Assembly: GCF_030684315.1 (NCBI RefSeq)
Contig: NC_081355.1
Location: forward strand, 31,451,141 to 31,515,140
Length of the DNA stretch: 64,000 nt
From: Stegostoma tigrinum
Lineage: Eukaryota
Direction: 5' to 3'
In this document: one piece after another, positions 50,461 to 63,030 of the stretch
How the letters are laid out: each line of letters opens with the position of its first letter
Numbering within the stretch: position 1 is the first letter of the stretch
Program-made: the position numbers and the translations under genes
Notes under the pieces: generated by a model
What the model was told of the DNA's origin: nothing
The model's database searches: none
What the model saw: only the letters and a program-made list of their open reading frames with translations

Positions 50461-51304
50461 CATGTGCAGAGCTTCAGCTCGGATGCACAAACCAATTGCT
50501 GTGTATTTCTCTCTTAAATAATGACAAATTTTCAGAATAACATTTCCATGTTTCTACTTTTGAATTTCTTTAATGCCTCAAGCCCATAATCATCAAGAGA
50601 CATTGACATGGTATTAATGCTACTGGAAATAATAACCCAGGAGAAGATTATAATTGCCTGTGTGATGCAGAGAGCTCCATGTTATGCCAATCTAAAAAGA
50701 TTCACTGTCAAGTGCTGTGCTGTTCCCCCAGAACCACCAGCCAGGGTAGCCAGATCCAACATACTACATGACTTCCTGTTATATGTAAAAACCTCCACTC
50801 CGCTGCAGCTAGTGGGCCTTGTTGGTTTGGCTGGATAACACCAGCATGTTGTGGCGAGAGATCCCAGATATACTGTGTGTGTCCTGGCCAGATGCAGACT
50901 CATTGTTGACTTGACATCCATCAAGTCGAGAATGGTAGGCAAAGTCAAGGTGTATGGACTGGGTACTTTGGAGTGTCCTGCGAGCAGACCCTGTGGGGAA
51001 GGTATGTGTTCCTCTTTCATCTGGGTCCTTGTCATCTTGTGGGGAAAATGCACTTTGACTGAAGTCAACGTGTCTCATCCTCCAACTAGAATGAAGTGCA
51101 AGATTGCGCCCATATTTGGCAAATACTCTGTAGAAACAGGCAAATGCACACATTGTGGAGCTAGCGTGTTAGAAATGGCATTTAACCTTCAATCCAGTCT
51201 CCCAAGTATCTCGGACAACTATGTCTGTTGTTCCTCTGTCAGTTGGTGCATTTTAACAAAGTTGTTATGGAAAGGGAAAGGAGCAGTTACCAGGGGAAGA
51301 TATT

Positions 51305-53195
51305 TAACTGGGGTAAAGGAAAGAAACTATGACGCTATCAGTCAGGAGTTGGGAAGTACAGATTGGGAACAATTGTTCCACAGAAAGGGCACAGCAGACA
51401 TGTGGAGGCTGTTTAAGCAGCAATTGTTGCAAGTGATATATAAATTTGTTCCTCTGAGACAGGTAAGAAGGGGTAAGATTAAGGAGCCTTGGATGACTGG
51501 TACAGAGGTGCTTCTTGTCAAAAAGAAAAAGGCAGCGTATGTAAGGGGGAGGAAGCAAGAGTCTAGCACAGCTTTAGAGGATTACAGGCTTGCTCGGAAG
51601 GAGCTCAAAAGTGGACTGAGGGCCAGGAGGGGGCACGAGAAAGGCTTGGCAGAAGGATTAGGGAGAGGCATTTTACTCAAACGTGAGGAATAAGAGAATG
51701 ATCAGGGAGAAGGTTGGGCCGATCAAGGATAGTGTAGGGAACTTGTGCGTGAAGTCTGAGCAGATAAGGGAAGCCCTAAATGAGTTTTTGCTTCAGTTTT
51801 CACTAAGGAAAGGGACCTTATTGTGAATGAGAACTTTGAGGAGCAGGAAAACAGGCTTGAACAGATCAAGATTGAGGAAGTTGATGTGCTGGAAATTTTG
51901 GCAAACATTAAGATTGATAAGTCCCCAGGGCCAGACCAGATTTATGCTAGGTTGCTCTGGGAAGCGAGAAAGGAGGTTGCTAAGCTGCTGGTGAAGGTCT
52001 TTGCTTCCTCACACTGCACGGGAGTCGTACAGGAAGATTGGTGGGAGGCAAATGTTGTTCCTCTTTTCAAGAAAGGGAATAGGGAAATCCCTGGAAATTA
52101 CAGACCAGTCAGTCTTCTGTCTGTGGTCAGCAAGGTTTTGGCAAGAATTCTGAGGGATAGGATTTATGACTATTTGGAAAAGCATAGCGTGATTAAAGGG
52201 AGTCAGCATGGCTTTGTGAGGGGCAGCAAATCTTATTGAGTTCTTTGAGGAAGTCATGAGACAGTTTGACGAGGGTCGAGCAGTGGATGTGGTGTACATG
52301 GACTTCAGCAAGGCATTTGATAAGGTTCCCCACGGCAGGCTCATTCATAAAGTCAGGAGGATTGGGATACAGGGTGATTTGGCTGTCTGGATTCAGAATT
52401 GGTTGGCTGACAGGAAGCAGAGAGTGGTTGTAGATGGTAAGTATTCTACCTGGAGGTCAGTGCTGAGTGGTGTCCCGCAGGGCTCTGTTCTTGAGCCTCT
52501 GCTCTTTGTAGTTTTTATAAATGACTTGGATGAGGAGATTGAGGGGTGGGTTAGTATGTTTGCTGATGACACAAAAAGGTTGGAGGTGCCGTTGATTGTA
52601 TCAAGGGCTATTGCAGGCTTCAGCGAGACATTGACAGAATGCAGAGCTGGGCTGAGAAATGGCAGATGGAGTTCAACCTGGATAAATGTGAATTGATGCA
52701 TTTTGGCAGGTCGAACTTAAATGCTGAACATAGGATTAAAGGCAGGATTCTCGGCAGTGTGGAGGAACAGCGGGATCTTGGTGTTCAAGTGCATAGCTCC
52801 TTCAAAGTTGCCACCCAAGTGGATAAGGTTGTTAAGAAAGCTTATGGTGTTTTGGCTTTCATTAACAGGGGGATCGAGTTTAAGAGCCGGGAGGTTATGC
52901 TGCAGCTCTACAAAACCGTGGTGAGACCACACTTGGAATATTGTGTCCAGTTCTGGTCGCCCTATTATAGGAAAGATGTGGAGGCTTTGGAGATGGAATA
53001 GTTTGCCAGTGGTAGTCATGGAAGCGGAGTCATTAGTGACATTTAAGCGACTGCTGGACATGCACATGAACAGCAGTGAATTGAGGGGAATGTAGGTTAG
53101 GTTATTTTATTTTTGGATTAGGAATATTCCACGGCACAACATCGTGGGCCGAAGGGCCTGTACTGTGCTGTACTTTTCTATGTTCTATGTTATGT
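51305..53195 (+). mobile_element. CR1 (HER1-like) LINE ORF2, frameshifted and internally deleted
   Basis: [54 protein letters not shown]; ttctatgttctatgtt tail. Confidence 0.92.
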
Positions 53196-53691
53196 CCAAC
53201 ACTCAGGTCATCTGGTGCCTGGTGTTAAACAGGTACCTGGTCTGAGGCAATGTTGTAAGTGCCAGCAACCTGTAACATTGTTTTTCTTGACCAGCTGTGC
53301 AGCCATGCCAGTAATATCCTCACCAGAATGTGCTCCCCAGTCTAGTCTATCTAAAGTACCCACCAAGGTGCCAGTAATTGAGCTGATGGAGAATGTAGGA
53401 GACAGCTTTGGTACTTCCTCTGAGGCGTCTGTGCCTTCCTCAAAAGTAGAGCCAGATGTGTTAGTTCAAGGGACTGCTTCAGGCTACATGCATGCCTGCA
53501 GAATGCGGGAGAGGGAATGCATTGCAAAATAGAGCATTGATTATGTTAAAAAATACATTTGCAATGGTGGTAATGAAAAGTTAGTGTAGCAGTTTGTAGT
53601 GAATCTTACTTTGATGCGGGATCATAGAGTCCTATGCTTCCCCAAATATGTAGTCTCTAGTCTTTCATGCTGAGATATGTTGATCTTGTGT

Positions 53692-54155
53692 GAGTCATAG
53701 TCATACAGCATTGAGACAAACCCTTCTGTACGACTTGTCTGCACTGGCAAGGCATCCCAATCTGACCCAGTCCCATTTGCCAGCATTAGGATCATAATTC
53801 TCTAAACCCTTCCTATTCATATATCCACCTAGATGCTCTTTTAGATGCTGTAATTGTACCAGCCTCCTCCACTCCCTCTGGCAGCTCATTCCATACACGC
53901 GCCACCCTTATGTCCTTTTTAAATCTTTGTTTCCTCACCTTAAACTTATGCCCTCTAGTTCTAGACACCCTGCCCTAAATAAAAGACCTTGTCTATTCAC
54001 CCTATCCATGCTTGACTTTATAAACCTCCATAAGTTTTCCCCTCAGCCCCTGATGCTCCAGGGAAAAAGCCTCAGCCCGTTAAATCAAACCTCCAGTTAC
54101 AGAAACATCATTGTAAATGTTTTCTGCACCATCTCAAGTTTAACAATATCCTTCC
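53692..54155 (-). mobile_element. CR1 3' fragment
   Basis: gagtcatagtcatacagc tail; RKDIVKLEMVQKTFT. Confidence 0.75.
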
Positions 54156-54458
54156 GAGTCAAGAATATGCCAAACAATGAATAAAGCACAATTCCTCTGG
54201 ATAGAATTATAAATGCAGATTTCCATTTATGTAGCATCCTTTGCAAGGACAAAACAGCCCAAAGTACTTTATGTTCAGTAAAGCACATTTACGTGATTGA
54301 GCAGATGAATGTTGGCCATCTCATCATCTGTCTTGGCCCTCTCTTTGGTGGGCTATTTTCTCCTGGAATGAGAAAAAGGGAGGAATTGGGTGAGATGAAA
54401 GTGGCTGCCATTGCTGTTTGGTGTTGGTGCAGGTAGAGAAAAGGTGGTTAGATGTTGG

Positions 54459-54751
54459 CATAGTGGTTATCACTGCTGCCTCATGGTGCCAGGGGCCTGG
54501 GATCGATTCCAGCCTCGGATGACTGTCTGTGTGGAGTTAGTACATTCTCCCTGTGTCTGTGCAGGTTTGCTCCAGTATCCTCCCACAGTCCAAAGAAGTG
54601 CAGGATAAGTGTATTGGCCATAATAAATTGCCTGTAGTGTGCAGGGATGTGTAGATTGGGTGGGCTATAGGGGGATAGGTCTAGGTGGGTTGCTCTGACA
54701 TTCAGTGTGGACTGGTTAGGCTGAAGGGCCTTTTTCCACACTATAGGAATT
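54459..54751 (+). mobile_element. V-SINE (HE1-like)
   Basis: Homologous to the 9366 element. Confidence 0.8.
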
Positions 54752-57084
54752 CTGAGAAATGTCCTGAATGAGCAGGAAGCATGGATGACGGGAAGAGTAA
54801 GTTGTACAGGGAAACCGTGATCAGTATTGGTGGGGGAGAGTTATTGAGGGAAGGCGCTGCATGCGATACTGAAAGTGGTAGAACATGAGCCTTATTTGGA
54901 AGTGAGTGTAGTAACGGAATTACAGTTAGTGTAAGGTAGCAGAGAGAAGATGGTGGCACTTAATCCTGCAGAGTGCAGAAGATCATTTACTTTGCATTGC
55001 TTAGTGTTCTTCCAGATGGTGGCTACTTCATTGACACGGATGGAAACATCAGACCAGGCTGGCAGCATTTAATACTGTGACTTTGTCTAGTGCTTCTGGA
55101 AAAATCCTTCTATAGAGGAGCACAATATAGTTCATTGTGCATTGAAGTTCAGCAATAATAGTTCAATATAGTTCAGCAGTGCATTAGAGGGGAGTGCATA
55201 TTTAGTCAGGAGCACAGAGGAGTCTTGTGAGAGAGAACTTGCTAGAGATTTCCGAGAGGAACCCTCCATTCAACTAATCAAAATTTGACATGCACATTTT
55301 TGGAAAAATTTCAACCCCTCATTTTTCCTTGCCTGGTTACTAAGCTTAATGTCATTGCCATAACTGTATAACCATAGAAAGGTTACATCATGTTTAAAAT
55401 ACCTCTGCAGGCTTTTTTTTGTTTTTTTTTCTAATTGACCTGTTCAGAGATTATTTCACATCTTAAAAGCAAGTGAGACTTGAACCCAGGCCTCCTGGTC
55501 CATTGGTAGGGACACTGCCACTTCACCAAAAGTCAATTCAGCCCATCATAATTCTGCTGGCTGAACAAACTAGCCACCTGTTCTAATCCACCTAACAGCA
55601 TCTGGTTCGTACCCTTGCAGGTTAGTGATCTTCACGTTTGCACATGCAGGTTCCTCTTAAATGAGTTGATGGTTTCTGCCTTAACCATCAAACTGGACAG
55701 CAAATTCCAAACACCAAGCACCATCTGGGTGAAAAAGGCTTTCCTTATTTTTCTTCTTTCAATCACCTGAATCATCTGTGAATCCTGATAATTGATCTCC
55801 ATTGTAAGTTCCTCATTCAGCTAAAAATACGATTTACAGAAAGAGGAAGGATAGTGGAAGACTTGCTGTGGTGTGAGCCAATTTATAATTCCCTAGTCCT
55901 TCTTTATTTGGGAGGAAGAGTCACAGACTGACCAGATGATGGTTGTCTGTATCAATTTGCATCCAGCCTGCGTTTGGCAAGTGCACACATGTATCTTGGT
56001 ATAGGAGCCACTAAATGGTTGATCAGGACTTTCTCTTCTGAAAACCCAGCAAAACTGAGACTGATTTTAGTCCTGAAGCTTCCTTAGCCAAGATCAATTA
56101 CTTTTTGTACTCTGCAGATTTAAAACTGATGTGAAGATAAAATAATTTTGCGCTAATGCTAACTTTACAATGAATTTGGTGTAGGGGTTGAAACTGACTG
56201 CAGTAGCAAGTAAGTCTGCTTTGACCTTGGTTTCTCCATCTACTACATTCTCCAACTCAGTCAAGGCTAAATTCACAGGATAACTGCAGTGTTAGTGTAA
56301 AGCAAGATAACCTCGCATCTGAGTTTACTGTTGTAATGTGAATGCACACTAACTCAAAGCCCAAATGGGCTCCAACTCTCAATGTTTGCAGATTTATCCC
56401 TACCTTCACAATACTAGCTCCAAGAGGTGGAAATTCTTCCATGTTATTCACTGACTTCAGCATGATGTTAACAACTTCTTTCAGTGCACCCAGGTGAATC
56501 AAAACAAACATAGCAACACACAGGATTGGGAAAGACCATGCAGTCCAGCACCTGATCTCATTGATAATGAAATCCCATTGTGCCATTAGTACCTTTTAAG
56601 CAAAGCTATTGTCAGCTACTCTATGTAAGCTGTCTTGAATTTGCTGAAATTTATTATCTTTAGCTTTTTCTGTAATTACATTACCTACACTTGTCACTCT
56701 CTATATAAAATGCTTAGATCTAAACCACCCTTTTTATCTTGTACTTTTCTAAATGTTTCATTATTCATGTTTCTAAAATAAAAATCAAGGACATTTCTTT
56801 TTTGTGAAACATCCAACATTTTTCCTTGTAGAAAACCATGCTGACTATCCCAAATCAATTTTTGCCTCTCTAAATGTCCATAAAACCTTCTCTTTTAAAA
56901 TCACCACCAACAATTTACACAACCAAAGTCAGCCTCATGGGTCTTTAGTTCCCTGGTTTCTCCTAACAGCGTTCCTTAAACAAAGGTACAGCATTGGAGG
57001 GTGGCTAATCATCAGACTCCTCACCCATACGTGCAGATATTGCAAATATTTCTGCAATGGGTCTCTCAGAAATATTTGCATCAT

Positions 57085-58527
57085 CAATAACTATGGGTGA
57101 GGTGCCTGATGATTGGAGGGTGACTAATGCTGTACCTTTGTTTAAGGAAAGTTGTAAGGAGAAATTAGGGAACTAAAGACCCATGAGGCTGAATTTGGTT
57201 TTGGGTAGCTTGTTGGAGGTGATTTTAAAAGATAGAATTTATGTCCAGTTAGAAGGCAAAAATTGATTTAAGGATAGTCAGCATGTTTTATGTTAAGAAA
57301 ATCGTGTCTTACAAACTTGATTTGCTTTTTTTTGAGGATGTTACCACAAAGATTGAGAGAAGAGCAGTAGATGTTGATAACTTGGACTTTAGTAAAGCTT
57401 TCAACAAGGTTCCGCATGGCAGACTAATTAGTAAAGTTCGATCACATGGGATTCAGGGTGAGCTCACCAATTGGACATGTAATTGGTTTAATGGCAGGAA
57501 AAAGAGCATGGTGGCAGAGGGTTTTTTTGGTATCTGGAGGACTGTGACCAGTGGTATTCTACTGGGACTGGTTCTGGTTCCTCTTTTGTTTGTCATTTAT
57601 ATAAATGATTTGGATGAGAATATAGAAGGCATGGTTAGTAAGTTTGTGGATGGAACCAAAATTGATGGCATAGTAGACAGTGAAGAAAATTATCAAAGAT
57701 TACAAAGGGATCTTGAACAAATGGGTCAATGGCCTGAAAAACCTGAGTTCAATCTGGAAAAATGCATTTTGGTGCAACAAACAAGGGTAGGACTTATACC
57801 TGTGATGGTAGGGCCTTGAGTAGTGTTGTAGAGCAGAGACACCTAAGGGTTCAGGTATATGATTCTTTGAAGTTTGTGCTTCAACTCGGCAGGGTGTTTA
57901 AAAAGGCTTGTCTTCATTGCTCAGTCCTTTTGAGTATAGGAGTCAGGAAGTCATGATGAGGTTGTACAAGTCATTGGCGAGGCTTCTTCTGGAATACTGT
58001 GTCCATCTCTGGTTGCCAAGTTACAGAAAGGATATTATTAAGCTGAAGAAGATTCAGAAGAGATTTACCAGGATGTTGCTGGGTATGGAAGGTTTGAGTT
58101 ATAAAGAAAGACTGGATAGGCTGTGACAGTTTTCTCTCTGCAGCATAGGAGGTTGAGAGTAGACCGGATAGAAGTTTATCAAATAATGAGGGGTACAGAC
58201 AGGGTTAATGGTAGTTGTCATTTGTCTAGGATGGGGGATTTTAAGAATAGGGCATACATTTATAAGGTGAGAGAAGAGAGACTTAAAGACGTGAGTGGCA
58301 AATATTTTATACATGGGATGGTTTGTGTCTGGATTGAACATCCTGAGGAAGTGATGGATGTGCGTGTAATTAAAATATTTGTTTAAGAGACATTTGGATA
58401 AGTACATGAATAGGAAAGGTTTACAGGGATACGGGCCAAGAGCAGGCAGGCAGGACTTGTTTAGTTGGGGATTATATTCGGCATGGACTGGTTGAACCAA
58501 AGAATCTGTTTCCGTGCTGTATGACTC
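57085..58527 (+). mobile_element. CR1 LINE ORF2 3' half, decayed
   Basis: LDFSKAFNKVPHGRL, LFVIYINDLDE, LYKSLARLLLEYCVHLWLP. Confidence 0.9.
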
Positions 58528-59113
58528 TTCGAGAGCCCAAATGCCCCTTGGGGAGTTTTTTATAACTCACTGGAGGTAATGTACTAGAAATCGAGCACCA
58601 TGATTCCCACAGTTGTCACAAAAGTTAAATATGTTAAAAATTACACAAAGTTCCCAAATTCACCTGAGTTTTAGACCCAGATTGATCAAAATCATGGACC
58701 AGGTTTCTACACTAATCAAGAATCACAAGAATCGTTACATGTAATTAGACTCTAGCTACAGGTAAATGGTTATAAACTGTTTGGCATATAACATTACTAA
58801 TTAAAACTCTAATCCTCTGACACACACTCCCCTTTTATACATATATAGACAGACAAAGAGACAAGGTAAAATAGGTTATGAACAAAGGGGAAAAGCTGGA
58901 AAGATAGTTTTTTCCTAGATTCTGTTGTTGAGATGATTCTTATGACTTTTCTGCTTGCCAGCATATTGCTTCAGTCATCTTTCTCCAGACTCTCAGGTTG
59001 TTAAGATTCACAGATGGCTGGTTCACTCATTAAAAAAATTCTCTGACTCTTTAGTTCAGTCAGTTTACAACAACTGTTGCAGAAAAGATGATAAATGGGT
59101 TTATTTCAGGTTT

Positions 59114-60022
59114 AGAGATAATGGGAACTGCAGATGCTGGCAAATCCAATACAACCAAGTGTGGGGCTGGATGAACACAGCAGGCCAAGCAGCATCTTAG
59201 GAGCACAAAAGCTGACGTTTTGGGCCTAGACCCTTCTTCAGAGAGGAGAGGGTTCAGAAATAAATAGGGAGAGGCGTACTGAAGATAGAAGAGAAGATAG
59301 GTTCAGAGGAGAGTATGAGTGGGGAGGTAGGGAAGGGATAGGTCAGCCCGGGGAGGATGGAGAGGTCAAGGGGGCGGGATGAATTTAGTAGGTAGGAAAT
59401 GGAGGTGCGGCTTGAAGTGGGAGGAGGGGATAGGTGAGAGGAAGAACAGGTTAGGCAGGCGGGGACGAGCTGGGCTGGTTTTGGGATGCAGTGGGGGGAG
59501 ATTTTGAAGCTGGTGAAGTCCACATTGATACCATTGGGCTGCAGGGTTCCCGATGCCACCCGTAGGTTGCAGGAACAGCAACTCGTATTCCGCTTGGGAA
59601 CCCTGCAGCCCAATGGTATCAATGTGGATTTCACCAGCTTCAAAATCTCCTCTCCCTCCACTGCATCCCAAAACCGGTCCAGCTCGTCCCCACCCCCCTA
59701 ACCTGTTCTTCCTCTCACCTATCCCCTCCACCCACCTCAAGCCGCACCTCCATTTCCTACCTACTAAACTCATCCCGCCCCCTTGACCTGTCTGTCCTCC
59801 CTGGGCTGACCTATCCCCTCCCTACCTCCCCACCCATACTCTCTTCTGCACCTATCTTCTCTATTTATCTTCAGTCCACCTCCCCCTCTCTCCCTATTTA
59901 TTTCAGAATCCTTTCCCCATCCCCCTTTTCTGAAGGAAGGTCTAGGCCTGAATCATCAGCTTTGGTGCTCCTAAGATTGTTGCTTGGCCTGCTGTGTTCA
60001 TCCAGCCCCACAATTTGGTATC
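59114..60022. mobile_element. Inverted, doubly truncated PLE insertion (909 bp)
   Basis: Antisense arm 59114-59551, sense arm 59552-60022; TSD ttatttcaggttt at 59101-59113 and 60023-60035. Confidence 0.92.
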
Positions 60023-60499
60023 TTATTTCAGGTTTTAGTGAGTTTTGACCATAGAGAATGTAGAGACCACTCCTGAGCTGGGGAGAAAATTCAGCAGATC
60101 TCTTTCTCAATAACTTGTCCCCAGCTTTAAGCAGTTCATTTACCTAAGAGCCAATCATACAATTGTGGCAGGTAAAAAGATCTCTGTCATTGATAACTGG
60201 TCACTTGTCCATAAATCAAACAGCCTCACAAGAACAAAAAGAAAGACAACCTTTTATTGCCAGAAGAGGCTGCATCTGTACACTTCCTTGCCTCCAAGTC
60301 ACCAACTCAAACTTTAATTACTTCTTATTAAAACAGTTGTTTAATGATGCTTGCCTTGAATGTCAGGTTACTTATTTTTCAAAATGACAGACACCTCCAG
60401 AATTGGGGTTAAAACAGCTTTCTAATTTGAATCCAATTTTTGAAATGACACAGCAAAAGTACATGGTCTTTACAAGATGTAAATGATCGAACATGTTAT

Positions 60500-60840
60500 G
60501 TTGAGGAAAAGTTGATAGGAGGTTCTCCTGGTACAATGGCCAATGTTTATCTGTTAAACAACTTCTCTAAAACAAATGATCTGGTTAGTATCTTACTGCT
60601 GTATAGAGGATGCAATAAGCAGAATTAATTGCTGTTCATTCCTTATGTGAAGTCCCTACAACAAAATAAGAAGTATCAGTGATAATGGGAACTACAGATG
60701 CTGGAGAATCCAAGATAATAAAATGTGAGGCTGGATGAACACAGCAGGCCCAGCTGTGTTCATCCAGCCTCACATTTTATTATCTCGCATAAGAAGTAGT
60801 TAGTTTGTATGAAATGCTAGGATATCCTGAAAGTCGCAAT
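60500..60840 (+). mobile_element. DeuSINE-like relic hosting the 60676 hairpin
   Basis: ggttctcctggtacaatggccaatgtttatctgttaaacaacttctctaaaacaaatgatctggtt resembles the Deu domain as recalled. Confidence 0.5.
60676..60788. mobile_element. 113-bp minimal inverted PLE insertion
   Basis: Perfect 33-bp arms 60713-60745 and 60753-60785, loop aggccca, left tail; TSD ataagaagta at 60666-60675 and 60789-60798. Confidence 0.9.
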
Positions 60841-61509
60841 GCAAATTTGATTTGTTCTTTCAGGGAATGTAGGTATCATTGTCATGGATAGCATCTATTA
60901 CCCTTGAACTGAGTGGCTTGCTAGGCCATCTAGAGGGCAGTTATGAGTCAATGGCATTGCAATGGGCCTGAAATTATACATAGGCCAGACTGGGCAAAGA
61001 AAGAATGATTTCCTAAACTAAATTAGATGAGTAACCAAAATGGGATTTTATCATAATTGATAAAAATTTTCTTTGTCACCATTACTAAGCCTATCTTTCA
61101 GTTTCATATTTGTTAACTGTTGGGGCAGGTTTGTACCATGGATTATTAGTCCAACGACATTTCAACTAGAACACTCTCCTCTAAAACATACTGATTCTTA
61201 TTTTGTGTGTACCCGATAGGATCTTGAATACTTCAATAAGCTCACCTCTTTGCTCTTTCTTATTATAATAATGAGGGAGCTTATGTACACATATATTGCT
61301 TTGATATCATTCTCTAAACCATTTCTGAAACTTTTTTTCATAACTGTACTTTTTAATAAAAATATCTTTCTATATATAGTCACTACAGCAGTTCAATTCA
61401 GTACAGTAGCATATGAAGGAATAAATGAATATTGGAGCTTGACTTTATCCAAACAAACCCAAGGCATTTCTTACTTGTGCAGGATTACATTTACATATAT
61501 TTGAGGTAC

Positions 61510-61760
61510 GGGCAGGGACCGATAACTGAATGGACCCCCATTTAACTGTAACAGAAAGAGCTCAGACTGTGGTCTTTCCCCACTGCATCTTGGTGGCAGC
61601 TGTCCCAAGCTTCAGTGCAGCCCTCAGCATGTAGTCCTGCACCTTGGAATGTGCCAGTCTGCAACATTCATGTGGGGTCACTGCTTGCTGTGGAAGACCA
61701 AGTTTTGGGCAGACCAAAGACCGTCTTTCATCAAGCTCAGTCCTCCAAGCGCAGTCACTT
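61510..61760 (-). mobile_element. Tx1-like LINE ORF2 C-terminal relic
   Basis: KDGLWSAQNLVFH (frameshift) ECCRLAHSKVQDYMLRAALKLGTAATKMQWGKTTV*. Confidence 0.65.
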
Positions 61761-62694
61761 TGTCTCTGCATGTGTCCTGTGGAACAGACTGTAGAGAACA
61801 GAATCCTGCGCCATACAGCTGCCAGAGACAAACCCCAACAAAAACCATTGCACCTTTCTCCAGACTTCCTTTGCAAAGGCATACCCCAGAAGATGTGCGA
61901 CAGTCTCTACCCTCCTGAGGCTGCTTCAAAGGCAGTATTTGGTGGAGCAGACAGATCAGGCATACAAGAAGGATCTCACGGTTAGTGCCCTCCTCACCAC
62001 CAGCCAAGTGATGTCTTGCTGCTTGTTGGAAAGGTCTGGTGGTCATTCTGCTGAATGACTTTGACAATCTGCCCCAGCAACAAAACAACAGAAGTTACTC
62101 CATCTATTGGCCAACACTAAAAAGTTTTTAAACCCATTCCAACAACTGAACATGGTGTGAAGAAAAGTATCAAAATTGACAAGTCGTACTCAATAGATAG
62201 AGCAACTATTTGCAAACACTTTAAAAATGCAAGCAATGGACAGATGTGTTGATGGGGGCTCTTAAATTACCCAAATAAACGCTATGACACCAACAGTATA
62301 AAGGGCAAAAAATAAGGACAAATTTACTTAAATGTACACAACAGCCCAACAACTGAGAAATCAGTACTGTGCAATTGGAATCCCCTCCAACTGATCTTTA
62401 TGAAGGACCCCATAAATGTGACATAAAACCCACAGGACGCAAATGCTGTGAAATCAAAGCCAACCCTTTAAGGCAGATATGCGGTAAGGGGTTAAATTCA
62501 GTCATTAAGTGAAAGACATAGGATCAGCAAGAGGAATTCAATATCGTCTGACTACTGTCATGGGCAATAGTACAAGAAAATGCCAATACCTGCAATTAAC
62601 TGATGCAACCAAGAGATTGATTACCCAGTACAATAGTATTAGAATCTGGCCATTGTTACTGTGATGAGTTTCTATTCAGGACAGAAATGGATAA

Positions 62695-63030
62695 TTCAAA
62701 AATATAAACGAAGGCTTGAGGTCACTGGAAATCTGTTGGCAAAACTCAACAGGTCCGGCAGCATCTGTAGGGAGAAAAACAGAGTTAGTGTTTCAAGTCT
62801 AGCGCCCCTTTGTCACTGATTATAGTAAAGGCCTATCTGGGTCACTAATGTCTCTTAAGGAAGGAAATCTGTCATGCTTGGCCAGTCTGGCCAACTTGTG
62901 ACTCCAGATCCACAGCTATGATGCTGATTTTAAACTACTCTCTGAAATGGCCCAGCAAGCCATTCGGTTCACCAGCAATTACTGATGGGTAACATTTTGA
63001 CCTTGCCAGTGATGGCAACATCCCTTTAGA
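62695..63030. mobile_element. Older PLE-like 3' end (tail left) abutting the 3' half of the second SINE family
   Basis: aaaactcaacaggtccggcagcatctgtagggagaaaacagagttagtgtttcaag, then tcactaatgtctcttaaggaaggaaatctg. Confidence 0.55.

Noticed and set aside
50851-51693. 280-aa ORF
   Set aside because: Chance fusion of unassigned sequence with a CR1 ORF2 fragment; no coherent domain
58614-60475. Possible solo LTR (tgtcaca...tttaca) hosting the 59114 PLE
   Set aside because: No convincing TSD or second copy in the window
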